Of a stretch of 64,000 nt of DNA, positions 25,487-38,289 are shown one piece after another. The notes beneath the pieces are model-generated. The model had not been told where the DNA came from and ran no database searches. It saw only the letters and a list, made by a program, of their open reading frames with translations. The stretch lies in contig NC_043002.1 of the NCBI RefSeq assembly GCF_006345805.1, forward strand, positions 76,818,001-76,882,000, given 5' to 3'. How positions within the stretch are numbered: position 1 is the first letter of the stretch; every line of letters begins with the position of its first letter. The translations under genes and the position numbers were made by a program. This stretch comes from Octopus sinensis (Eukaryota).

Positions 25487-25935
<449 letters not shown>

Positions 25936-26549
25936 GAGAGAGATTTTAAAATCTTCCTGTAACATAACGTTATAAAAATTTTGTCTTTAAGTATTTACAC
26001 AAAGCTAAAGTACACGCACACATTTGACTAACATTCCAATAACAGGATTTTTAAAGAAATTGAAATTTTGACATGCAGAGCTTTTTTTGATATGCTGAGC
26101 TTTTTTGCCAACTCTGGCCTAGACCATATTCAAGGCATTCCTTACAGCATTATGGTCCCTACTGAGCTTTGACAGTATTTATTTATTGTTAACAAGCCAC
26201 AGGCTACAAGAATCAGCATTGGGCTCCTAGACTTGTGAGACCCCTGGGTAAATGCCCATTGTGCCCATACTGTAAGACAGTGCTGACTACATTCAAAAGA
26301 TTCCTACTCAAGTGATAATCAAAGATTCAATCATCACTATGCTTTAACCACTAGTTCACAGATTTATTATTTCTTCATCTACTCCAATGACCTCTGCTCC
26401 CCTGAAATATCACTCTACATACTCTAATTATCCATACCCACTTTTTTATCATTTTTATTGTCATCATTTTTTGTCATTTTCTCATCTTTTAAACCCAGAA
26501 ATAAACACTTCAATTTGTCCAAGATGAACATTGACAACATCATTCTCAC

Positions 26550-26581
26550 CTGTCTTGGAGAATTGATGAGAAATGATTGAA
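26550..26581 (-). CDS. Candidate 32-nt host-gene exon, unidentified
   Basis: Branch-like ACTAAAC plus ttag acceptor, donor CAG|gtgaga. All three frames are open. Confidence 0.2.
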
Positions 26582-27329
26582 CTAAGTGTTTAGTAAAATA
26601 TAACAAAAAAGAAAAAAGATTTATTTTTTTTATGAATGCAAGTAGTAATCAGCTTGCTAGCTCATAGAAAGAGAGATTGTTATAATATAGTAGAAGAGAT
26701 AGAGAAATAAAGCAAGAGTGCTGATTTGATATGAACTTGGATGTGTGTATGACAGCTGTATTATTCAAGATATTTGAGCAATATTCCAATGTAGATCTTA
26801 TTTAAGGTTTGTAAAAGCATAGCAACAGAAGTATTTTTTAGTCCTGAGGAAGTTGACAATGTTATATGCATAATGTCACCACAGGAGATCAGATATTGTG
26901 AGTTCTCACAAATATTTTTATAGATTTTAGTTGTGCTCTGTTCATACTTCAGAAGGGTGTAGTAGAAAACATTTCTAGAGATATGTAACAATTTGAACAT
27001 TCTGAAAGAAACCAGGTTGCTATGTTGCTATCAGTAGATTTGCTAAAAAATTTCTGTTCATAGATGCAGTCCAGGTCTACTGCAGTGTCTAAGTTACATA
27101 CATGTGAACCTGTATATAGAAAGTTGTAAAGGAATAAAGAGTGGTATCTGTTGTAAGAAGTTTTCTTTTAGAAATATCAGAAAGTAGGTTATGTCTAGAA
27201 CAAAGAGAGTAAAAAACACAACAAAACCTTGGGTTTCATTAGACTTGTCTGTGTGGGTTGCTAAGAGATCTATCTTGCAGAAAGTAATGAAAAAGGACAG
27301 CGTGGCAGATTGAGTCCATAGATAGGCAA

Positions 27330-28750
27330 CTTAGACAAGCCACCATCCAGCGAACTTAGGATGAAAGGTGTTCTGTCATGCTAGAGCTGTGAAATTTTGC
27401 ATGCATTAATTTCAACTCTTCTTATTAATAACTGCATTGTTTCTTTCCTGGTAAACTGACATCTGACTGTTCAAAGAAGACTTCAAAAGTAACTAGTAGC
27501 GACTTCTCTTGAAAATGGACAAAATTTGGCATTGTTGTGTTATCAAGTACCTACAGAAAAACGGTTTAGCCTCCAAGGACATTCATGCTGACATGCTTGC
27601 TACATTAGGGGACGATGCTCCAACTTTACCAACTGTACAAAAATAGGTAACTAAATTTAGGAAGGGTAGGGAGAGTCTTGAAGATAACCAAAAGTCTGGA
27701 CAGTCTGAAACTGCTACCATGAGGAAAACATTGATTATGTTCATCACATGGTTAGGGATGACAGATGATTGACTATAAAATCAAATAACCAATACAACTG
27801 GCATATCCCACGAGAGAGTTAGAATATTCTGCTCAATGAACTTGATATGATGAAGATTTCTGCTTGGTGGGCACCACGTCTTCTGACACCTGATCAAAAG
27901 CACACTACAAGAAAATCTGATATTCTTTGAGGAAGGTCCAGATAGTTTCTTTGAAAGTTTCCTTAACCAGAATGCGTATTGGCTTCCTCACTTTTAGCCA
28001 GAGACAAAGAGACAATCCATGCAGTTGAAACACCCCTCCTCACTTGCTCCAAAGATGCCCAAGGTTGTTTCATCTGCAGGGAAAGTGATGGCTTTAGTTA
28101 TAAAAGGCTATCAAGACCAAACGCTCAGAAAAATTGCTGAAAGGGGGTTTGTTTCACCAGGACAATGCTCCAGCACACAAGATCTTTGTTTCAATGGCGG
28201 CTGTGCATGATTGTGGCTTTGAACTGGTTGATCACCAAAGGCAGTGAGCTGGCAGACACGTTAGCATGCTGGGCAAAATGCTTAGTGGTATTTCGTCTGT
28301 CTTTACATTCTGAGTTCAAATTCCACCGAGGTCGACTTTGCCTTTCATCTTTTCGGGGTTGATAAATTAAGTACCAGTTGCATACTGGGGTCAGTCTAAT
28401 CGACTGACCCCCTCTCAAAAAATTTCGGGTCTTGTGTCTAGAGTAGAAAAGAACTGGTCAATCATCCTCCCTATACTTCTGATTTTGCCCCATCTAACTA
28501 TCATCTGTTACCCAACATGAAAAAACACTTGGTTGAGAACTAGTATTGCAGTGATGGCGATGTCATACTTGTTGTTGATAACTTTTTTGACCAACAGGAT
28601 GAAATCTTCTTCACCAATAGGATCCAAGCACTGCATCACAGATAGAAGAAGTATGTGGTGTGCAAAAGAGACTGTTGAAAAATAAACCTCATTTAGTCAC
28701 ATTCCTTGAGAGTATCTTAGTCAGCCTATGAACTTTACAACCAGCCCTCA
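27330..28750 (+). mobile_element. Decayed mariner transposon (irritans-like) interrupted by a SINE
   Basis: ATG at 27515: MDKIWHCCVIKYLQKNGLASKDIHADMLATLGDDAP. Also SAWWAPRLLTPDQK and ELVNHPPYTSDFAPSNYHLLPNMKKHL. Right TIR GCCTATGAACTTTACAACCAGCCCTCA followed by TA. Left end uncertain. Confidence 0.9.
28237..28450 (+). mobile_element. SINE family B inserted in the mariner, with a 16-bp target-site duplication
   Basis: GAACTGGTTGATCACC (28221-28236) versus GAACTGGTCAATCATC (28451-28466). Confidence 0.9.
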
Positions 28751-29998
28751 TACACTGTACATATTTCATCCATAATTGAATGTGTCTTTCTTCTTAAGAT
28801 AACAATGTTATTTGAAGGAGATCTAGCTGGCATTTCTAGCGGCAGATGGAAAGACTATGTAGAAGCTCCAGTGTTGTTAAATCAAGTTCTCACACTAGAA
28901 GCTGTCACTATGACTAGAATTAACTCTTATAATTAACTTTACAAAGTAACAATAAAGCTCCATTCTTGAAAGCCAAAACATTTAATAAGCAATGTTAGAT
29001 TCATTGATATGAAGTTCCAGTGGTTACAGAAGTCCATTTAATGGATGAATAGCTGAAAATTTAATTAACAATCATAAGATAATTAGTTCTTGTTAATATT
29101 TTCCCATTAGACTGAAGCGAAGCTACTACTAAGCCAACCATTTAGAAAATATCAATGAAGCAGTAAACAGTGTTTTAAACTTTTGTCCAATCCAGCTTCT
29201 GCTGAATCATTTCACCATAATATCACATTGACACTAGTCAACAACAGAGTTCTGTGTAGTTGTTCAACTTGCTGGAGGTAGCAGTTAAATCTCCATCAAA
29301 TTACGCACCACCATCTTATAAAAGGCAATGAGTTCTGCATATACAGAGGAACAGGGTGAGCACTTTTGAAATCTGCTTTAATCATAGGTCCCCTTGATCA
29401 AGGTTAACTCTGAGTTAAACAACAACATTAACAATAAAATACTGCCATAAAAGAATGCTTCGTCTCTGATTAGAATCACTATTTCACAAGAAGTCTTCTC
29501 TGATTCTCATGACTACATTTTCACCTTTTGTGAATTCCTGTGAGTTATTTATGTCAACTAATATGAGATTGGCATTTGATATTTTTTATCTTGTCATTAT
29601 CTAGACACACCAGTCTATCTTATATCCTTATTGTTTAACTCTCCAACCAATGGAGGTTATCCAACCTGATATAGCAGCCAAATAACCCTTAAATCATACA
29701 TCACGCATCTTTGAAAATAACATTTTGAATTATGTGAACCTTGGTGTGTTGTGATGGAATGAAAATGGTTTGAATCCTTAATCATAGGTTTGCTTGCCAA
29801 GGGATAGCTTGAGGTTAAGCAAAAATCACTATTTAGTTCACTTGAGTGACAATATATATATATGGACGATTTGTTTTGGAGTCTCGCAATACCATGTACG
29901 CCTATGAGGATTTACTTTCCCAATGAAACTCGGTTTTTTCTCAAACTTTTTCTCAAACTTGTTATAATGTGATACATGTCTTGGGTGTGGTAAATGTA

Positions 29999-30093
29999 TG
30001 TGGCTGAAGAAGGCTTTTGATCTATCTGTTATATCAATTATGCATTGATATAAGAATAAGTTGTTCAATAAAGCCCGAAACATATGTACCGCA
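29999..30093 (+). ncRNA. Type I hammerhead ribozyme-like motif within a ~270-bp TA-flanked element (Penelope pLTR/retrozyme-like)
   Basis: Helix I TGTGG/CCGCA; core CTGAAGA at 30004-30010; helix II GGCTTT/AAAGCC enclosing a perfect 10-bp hairpin; GAAA at 30077-30080; palindromic helix III ACATATGT; GUA cleavage triplet ending at 30088. Confidence 0.7.
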
Positions 30094-30129
30094 AAATCCT
30101 TTGCATCCTGTTTTTCTTTTGATACATAC

Positions 30130-30160
<31 letters not shown>

Positions 30161-30654
30161 CATGTATATATACATATATATATATGTTTAATCGTTATTC
30201 TCATGTAACCTGTCTTTCTGTTTCTCACTTCATAAACATTTTATTTTGGCTCTCATTTTATCTCCAGATAAGACCATTCAGATGCTTTCTCTTCTTCTTC
30301 ATCCTATTGGGTGTTACTTTCATGGCTTATCACAAACAGTCCTTATTAAATCTATGATATAATGACATTGATGGCAGGCTCCTTAGCAGCAGTATGTTAG
30401 ATAAATTTGCTTCGGGCCAATTACATGAATAAGTTCTGAGTGTGCAACAAAACACACACTATCAGATATTGCATACCTTAGTGTATATAATATGCTACAT
30501 ATATCTTTTTTATTCTTTTCCTTTTACTAGTTTCTGTCATTGAACTTTGGTCATGCTGGAGCACCACCTTGAAAACAAAAAGATGCGTCGGTCTAAATTA
30601 TTTTTTTTATTATTAAATATTTGTGTAATATATATTTTGCTGAAGACAAAATAG

Positions 30655-30706
30655 TGCAGCTGCTGTGCTGATGATGCTTTCTAAGGCAGAAACATGTGTC
30701 TGTTGC
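30655..30706 (+). ncRNA. Minimal type I hammerhead ribozyme-like motif
   Basis: CTGATGA at 30668-30674; helix II TGCTT/AGGCA with a 4-nt loop; GAAA; self-complementary ACATGTGT; GUC ending at 30700. Helix I is weak (mostly G-U pairs). Confidence 0.55.
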
Positions 30707-31187
30707 TAATGCCAACCTCTTATCTCCAGACAATCAGACAGTCTGGCTGTCTGGGGATGGCATGCCAATTTTTGATTTGTGAGATTATCTCTCCTTGTCT
30801 GGATTTTTGATTTAATGTTCTCAGTTACCACTTGGTGTTAATTGAGAACAATAAATCAAAATTTTATCTTATATGGTATTTATTATACCTGCATTCATTT
30901 TTCTTTTTTTCAAGTATATGTGGCAGGTTACACTGAGTTATTTCTCTCAGCTGATTTTAATTTCACATATTGTCATGGGCAACATTGAAAACAGATGACA
31001 CGTAATAATAATGTTGAGATGGATACTTTGGAGTGTTAGTATTAATAGCTCTGCAAAGTTATTTCAACAGTATAATGCAAGTTAACATTTGCATGAATCT
31101 TGGAAAGGGAAAATTATAGAATTGTTAACTAAATTTAAATTATAGCATTTATTCCATCAGGGAAAAATGGGAGTTGTTTCTTCTTCA

Positions 31188-31575
31188 TTTTACTCTTTTA
31201 CTCTTTTACTTGTTTCAGTCATTTTGACTGTGGCCATGCTGGAGCACTGCCTTTAGTCAAACAAATTGACCCCTGGACTTATTCTTTGTAAGCCTAGAAC
31301 TTATTCTATTGGTTTCTTTTGCCGAGCCACTAAGTTACAGGGGCATAAACACTACGTCTGTTGTCAAGAGATGGTAGGGGACAAACACAGACACAAACAC
31401 ACACACACACATATACAACAGGCTTCTTTCAGTTTCTGTCTACCAAATCTACTTACAAGGCTTTGGTTAGCCCGAGGCTATAGTAGAAGACACTTGCCCA
31501 AGGTGCCATGCAGTGGGACTGAACCCGGAACCATGTGGTTGGGAAGCAAGCTTCTTACCACACAGCCACTCCTGC
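31188..31575 (-). mobile_element. SINE family A, full length
   Basis: Head and tail motifs present. Confidence 0.9.
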
Positions 31576-31819
31576 ATATTTTTTTTATTTGTTTGGTTTG
31601 GAATATGAGGTTGTACATTCGGTCTTTACTAGCCCTTTGTGACTGGCGAAATCAATGAGGTTAATGTTCTGCCTAAATAGTTACAAGATGACAGCTGTAC
31701 AAAAATCATGAGCAGAGCAGGAATTCTAGAATATTGGTAATTGGTGGTGGGGAATGACTGGAATTAATAGTTTGTATGAGGGTGCACTGGGGAAACAATA
31801 CAGGAGGATGAGAGGATAA

Positions 31820-32210
31820 AAGATCAGTGAGTCAAAAATGTTTGAATAGAAGTGGCATGTAACTGGCTAGCAAGATCTGAAGAGCAAAAGACAATTTAGT
31901 AGTCATAGAAAAGACAGGGAGGAGACAGCAGCACATCTTTGGGTCAAAGCTTGGAGTGTGTTGGTGAGTGACTTTATACCAATCAATCAGGTGACCTTTC
32001 TTTGAATGCTGTCAGCACTATCCCAGGTGTAGATTAGTACCCCATTGTGGGTCTCATCTGGATGTTGTAAATGACTAGTAGTTGTTTTGGGAGAAGTATT
32101 TCAGATCCTGAAGTAGGAGGCCAGTCTTTGCAAAGCAGTTTTTGGTATGTTGAAGATATGCTTTTGTCAGGAGAGCTCCTCAGTGATAGTTAGGCCTAGC
32201 ATTTGTATAA
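31820..32210 (-). mobile_element. Old CR1/L2 3' fragment
   Basis: Same degenerate pattern as 11290-11650 (GGAGTGTGTTGGTGAG..CTTTCTTTGAATG..CCCAGGTG). Confidence 0.4.
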
Positions 32211-32288
32211 ATCTATTGAGATGGAGGTATTGTACACATTAAGGGGTGGTAAAACACAATGTTTTTTCAATATGTATTTTGGTTGTGA

Positions 32289-32945
32289 AGGCAACGAGCT
32301 GGCAGAACTGTTAGCATGCCAGGCAAAATGCTTAGCAGCATTTCGTCTGTCTTTATGTTCTGGGTTCAAATTCCACTGAGGCTGAGTTTGCCTTTCATTG
32401 TTCAAGAACCACAAAATAAGTACCAGTTTAGCACTGGGGTCGCTATAATCAACTTACCTCATCCTTCCCTTGAAATTGCTGGTGTTGTTCCAAAATTTGA
32501 AACCAATATGTTTATTCTTTTCTACTCTAGGCACTAGGCCTGAAATTTTTGGGGAGGGGGCGAGTTGATTAGATCGACCTCAGTATGCAAGTGATATTTA
32601 ATTTATCAACACTGAAAGGATGAAAGGCAAAGGTGACCTCGGCGGAATTTGAACTCAGAACGTAAAGACAAACGAAATATCACTAAGCATTTTGCCCAGC
32701 ATGCTAACGTTTCTTATTTATTTATTGCCTACAAGTGGCTAAACATAGAGGGGACAAACAAGGACAGACAAAGGGATTAAGTCAATTGCATTGACTCCAG
32801 TGCATAACTGATACTTAATTTAACGACCCTGAAAGGATAAAAGGCAAAGTCGACTTCAGCGGAATTTGAACTCAGAACATAAAGTCAGATGAAATATCGC
32901 TAAGCATTTTGCCCAGCATACTAACATTTCTGTCAGCTCACTGCC
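32289..32945. mobile_element. Cluster of three SINE B copies: one plus copy tail-to-tail with a minus-strand dimer
   Basis: Plus copy 32289-32508; minus copies ~32513-32712 and ~32713-32945. Confidence 0.85.
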
Positions 32946-33214
32946 TCAACCAATATGTATATTGATTGTGTCTTTGTACTGCTAAAGACAAAATTGGTAT
33001 AATGCCTTTGGAGAAAGTTTTTGAGACCATCTCCATTTTTGGAATTAGCACAGATTTAATGTGAAGAGTATGTGGATAATATTCTGACCTGGTGCTAAAT
33101 GAATGACAACAACAAATCTCCATTCCGTAGATTGCTGTTACATTGTGGAAGTCTTTTTGCTTGAATTGAACTTAGTGCCTGGTGCTTTAGATATGACACA
33201 TCTGTATTATCAAT

Positions 33215-33540
33215 GGTGGAGGCGTATGGCCAAGTGGTTAGAGCAGCAGACTCTCAATTAGGGGATCGTGGGTTTGAATCTCAGATCAGGCGATGTGTGT
33301 GTTTATGAGCGAAACACCTATCTGCATGTGGCTCCAGCAGAAGGTAAGGACGAACTTCTGCTGACTCTTTCACCACAACTTTCTCTCACTGTTTCCTCCT
33401 GCATCTAGCAGCTCAACTGCAATGGACTGGCATCCCATCCAGGTGGGGAACATATATGCCAATGAAACTGGGAAACTGGCTCTTATGAGCTAGGCATGGC
33501 TTGAGAAGGAACAAACAACAACAACAACAACAACAACAAT
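33215..33540 (+). mobile_element. SINE family E with a (CAA)n tail
   Basis: A-box TGGCCAAGTGG, B-box GGTTTGAATC, tail AACAACAAC. Confidence 0.7.
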
Positions 33541-35034
33541 ATTATCGATGTGCTATCTTTAGAGTTAGGAATTTAAACATGATTTCCATTTTTTAAAGTC
33601 TGGTAGAAAGTTTATTAAAGAAGATTTATTAACAGTTACACCAGCAGCTCAATTTTCTTCTTCCATTACAAGAACTAAATGGGACTACCCAGTTCTTCAT
33701 AAATTTTATTCCTAATTGTTTCCACAAGTTGGAAAAGTATCATTCCAGCATTCTGATCTATAACTCTAGGTCATAATCTTCCTTTTCATACATCATGAAA
33801 GAAAAAAGATAAAAAGGGTCATATTTTATCCAATCATATCTAAACAGGCTCGAATTTATCTTAACTTGTCAGTTTCAATTAGAATCTTTTGCATTACAAC
33901 ACATGTTACCCGGGTTTTTCCTTTAAAACAATTTTGACTTTCTGTCTAAAGATATTTTGATTTCCAGCTACTTATTTTCTATTGCAAATTCCAAATTAGT
34001 CTGCTGATAGGAAATCATGGTTTTCTCATCTGGAATGATGACTCGTTGACCTGCCTGAAGATAGCATCACTTTCACAAATTATGTCACTTTGCAGTTAGT
34101 TTCCTTAGTTTCCACTAAATCTATCTATATTTTACATTCTATTTAAAATAATATAATTAAGCTGTTCTCCTTTTTTGGACTGATGTATCTAGAGGCCATA
34201 TCTTGTACCAGCCTTGATTTTTTTTTCTTAATAAATATTTACACCTTTCTTTCAGGCAAAAACTTGTTGCTAGAATTGAAATTAACCAATAGTAATTTCT
34301 CTTCTACCTCATTACTGAGTTTCATAGGAATGGATTTGTTTGTTGTTTTCATCATATAGAATTTTTTTAATCCACAGTTCTACAAGTAGAAATGATTTGG
34401 TAAAGTAGGCAGTAATTCCTTCATCTTTTTGTTTTCACACTTTTATGTTTTGACAGCAGCCCCCGTCTTCTGCCTGATTTTTTTCTTCTTTTCCTACCTG
34501 TTTATTGCATATAAAATTATTTTTTTTTTGCTCGCTTCTCTCTCTTTCTCATCATCAATCATCTGAACTCTTATCCTTTTCACTGATACCATAAATAACT
34601 TTTTATATAACACCCTTCTTTCTCACAGTCCTCCTCCTCCCTTAGCTCATTTAAAAAAGATTATTCTGTTGCATCTTAACATTCCTTATGCAAACCAACC
34701 TTACAGTTAAGAGTCTAAAACAAACATCTATAAATATATTTTTTATTGGATAAGTGATGAATATCTAAAACAAAATACCCACTCAGTATCTTTGCAAACA
34801 ATCTCTTGTAGTTGTTGCTAATTCAAGATACTATTTCTGCAGGAATATTCCAGTGGAAATTTAGATCATATAACGAATACTGTAACATATTTTAGATAAT
34901 TTTAGGTTAGTTATCGCTTAAACTATATACATATTTTGTAAAATATTTCATAGTCTTATATGAAATATTCTTTCTTAACTTTCAGATGGGTTTTTGCTTT
35001 GATATTTTAATTATTAGCTTAAAAAATTATCGTT

Positions 35035-35390
35035 ACCTGCGTCACCTTACTGGTACTTGTGCAGGTGGCACATGAAAAAACATTCAAACAAGGTCATTGC
35101 CAGTGCCGCTGGACTGGCTCCTGTGCAGGTGGCACATAAAAAGCACCATTTGAGTGAGGCCATTGCCAATACCGCCTGACTGGCCCTTGTGCCAGTGGCA
35201 TGTAAAAGCACCCACTACACTCTTGGAGTGGTTGGCATTAGGAAGGGCATCCAGCTGTAGAAACTCTGCCAGATCAGATTGGAGTCTGGTGCAACCATCT
35301 GGTTCGCTAGTCTTCAGTCAAATAGTCCAACCCATGCTAGCATGGAAAGCGGACGTTAAACGATAATGATGATGATGATGATGATGATGA
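35035..35390 (+). mobile_element. SINE family C with a (GAT)n tail
   Basis: GGAAGGGCATCCAGCTGTAGAAAC..GCGGACGTTAAACGATAATGATGATG. Confidence 0.85.
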
Positions 35391-35714
35391 AAGACCAGAG
35401 TAGTAAAACTACTTGGAGAATAAGAAAAAAAATGTCTGAGAATATATAAGTATTTTTTTTTACAGCGTATGCTGTATTCCTAAATTATAAAACTGAAAAT
35501 ATATAAATAGAATAAGAATCTTTAGAATTATATCTGTTTTTGTAACAGCTGAGTTTGGGCAAGTTCAGCATACAATGAATTGTCTTCATTTTCCTTTGTG
35601 CATGAAGTGATAGTAAAACTTGCTTAGTTTTTGTATTTGTAGAAATACGAAGTATGTTCTATAGCACTTGATTCCTTTTTATAAACATTCTGATACCATA
35701 TATATATGTATATG

Positions 35715-36240
35715 TGCACGAGCTTATTTGGTTATAATATAATATAATGAAATTATTGTATACAGTGCTCAGGTGCACCACAACTTGTCAAAAATGCATA
35801 TAAAGCATATGCAGTAATGTACAAATGTCTGGAAAGTGAACAGTGTATGAGTCAGATATATGCTTGCGAATGTATGGAAGGGAGAAAATCAGGTGTAGTG
35901 TTGGTGAATCTCAGGAAGCATAGAAGTTTTGAAGGATGCAGTGCTCTGACAACTAACAACTGATGCCGGCAGTTTGTTCCATACTTCAGCCACTCTTAGC
36001 GTGAAAATATGTTTCCGAAAATCATGGGAGCTGTGCTGTTTTCTGACTTTGTAAACATGTCCACGGGTGTTAGATAGGTGGAATTTGAAAGCAGTGTATT
36101 ACTTCATAACCACTTGTTCCAGGAAGTTACACTTTATACATCAGATTATTGAAATTGATAAATTGATATGAAGTTTAAAAAATTGGTGATGAGAGATTTG
36201 TCTGGAATGCATAAAAGTGGATGCAATTTGATTGCGACAT
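35715..36240 (-). mobile_element. CR1 LINE 3' end, 5'-truncated
   Basis: Minus-strand translation: SNTRGHVYKVRKQHSSHDFRKHIFTLRVAEVWNKLPASVVSCQSTASFKTSML (CR1 C-terminus). Confidence 0.85.
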
Positions 36241-36325
36241 CAACAAATAGCAAATTACTTTACTTAAAGTAGTTCTTTGTTCTGGGGTTGTACTTTCTTC
36301 TTGTGCAGTCACAATGGCTCTAGAA

Positions 36326-36680
36326 CTGTGGTTCTCAACCATTCTTTATCTACAGACTCCATTGATTACTATTTTATTCTGATGGACTGCCATAGTCATT
36401 CAATGTTAGTTTTATAGATAGTTTTTGCAAATTGTCCATTCACTCATGTAAGTTTGCAATAGTACTCTCAGGGAACATATTTCAGAGGCTGGAAACATGC
36501 TAAACTATGTAAAACATTTGAGAAAGAAACCTAGCTGTTTCTTGCAATAAATACATCTAAAGCATAATTTTTTTTCATGGATCCTTAAAATACTACTGTG
36601 GATCCTCAATTTTCTATTTTGCTTGTGTAGACCCCACCAAAATCTTTTTAAGGATATCCAGGGTTCATATGAGACCACTG
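36326..36680. mobile_element. Non-autonomous hAT (Charlie-type) MITE
   Basis: Termini CTGTGGTTCTCAACC and GAGACCACTG. Identical 8-bp TSD CTCTAGAA at 36318-36325 and 36681-36688 (NTCTAGAN consensus). Confidence 0.8.
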
Positions 36681-38289
36681 CTCTAGAATAAGACTTTTTT
36701 CTTATCTTTGCTTACTTTGGGCAGAATATAAGATTATAATGTAGATGGTTGGAGGTTTGCATCATTAATCGTATATATTCCCCACGTGATGGGACACTTG
36801 TCCATTGCAGGATTACTCAGTTTTGCCACAATGCGTCACCTGGTCCAGAAATTGAAACCACAATCTTATCTTACAAGCATGAGTCCAACACCCTAACCAC
36901 TAAGCCACACACCTCCACTAGTATGTATATGTGTTTGTTTATATATATGTGTGTGTGTATGTGTGTTGTGTATAGGATCAACATTTTCAATGACAAGACA
37001 TCAAGGAATAGAAAAAACATTGGTGGATTACAGGAAGCTGATTTAGAATATTGAGATGTGTTGTAGAGAAGCTACATCAAAATGTATAAATTGTAGATAG
37101 AGAATAAGCTTCAAAAAAATGTTGATTAGTTTTCATTAGTTCCAAGTATAACACAAAGGTAAACATTTTTAGGCATGTAATTCATTTTTGTTAAATCTTT
37201 CCTACTTTGATAAAAGTACAACAGACTTAAATTTACCAATTTATAAGTCAAGAGACCATTTGTGTGTCATGCAGGCGAGTTGCTGTCTCATGAACATGGA
37301 TGTTTCAAATGAATATGAGGGGAAAAAGTGCAGGTGTGGCTATGTGGTTAACAAGGTCATTTGGCAATCACAAGATTCTGGGTATGATTCTACTCTGCAG
37401 TTCCTTGGACAAATGACTTCCAACTTAGCTTTTGGTTGAATAATGTCTTGTAAATGAAATTTGGTAGAAGGCAACTGTACAGAAGACTGCCACTGGATGG
37501 GTAATGCTAGTGTGTATATACAACAGTATCCCTGAATATGTGCTGACTTTAACTGTAACAACTCCTCCAACCCATGCTAGTATGGAAAGTGGGCATAAAA
37601 TGATGATGATAATGATGATACATAACAGACTTTCAAACAGTTTTTAACAACCAATTCTTAAAGCTTTCATCATCCTAAGGCTAAAGTAGATGGGACTTGC
37701 CTAATGTGCTGTGGGATAGAACCCCAATCTACATGATTACAAAGTGAACTTTGTATCCACACAGCTACTCCAATGGTTGAATCTGTCAATCCAAAGGGCA
37801 ATACATTTAAATAAAATCTGTACCTATGAGAAGCAAGGTTAGCTATTTACTTAAAACCTTATATCAATTTTCAAAGGTAAACATACTACATTTCTAATTT
37901 TCGCTGTTACAAAAAAAAAAAAAAAAGAAAGAAGAGTATAACAGATACAGTTAATCTATTTTTAATCATTCTTTGTTTTCTTTCTAAAAGTTATTCTATT
38001 TCCATCTCCAATGCAGTTGGTACTTTATATAAACTCTGCATGATGAGTTAATGGACTTGTAGTTTTCTAATGGTTTTTATTGAATTATTCATTGATTCTA
38101 AATATATCACTCTTTTAATGGTTTACAAATACTTTCAGCACATCAATTACAATTCCCAATTTGATTTTTTAACTCATTCTGTAACCAAAGCTTAAGTCAG
38201 TTAGTTTTTGTGAAATTATTGTTTTGTTATTGTATTTAGTTTTGATTTATCGTCAGGATCATCAACATAATCATTATGGTGCTTGTCTT

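Noticed and set aside
26761-27112. Two overlapping open frames on the minus strand with good acceptors
   Set aside because: The frames conflict and neither connects uniquely to neighbouring candidate exons.
33600-34080. Possible piggyBac relic or exon on the minus strand (AGQRVIIPDEKTMISY..)
   Set aside because: The motif similarity is too weak and broken to support either call.
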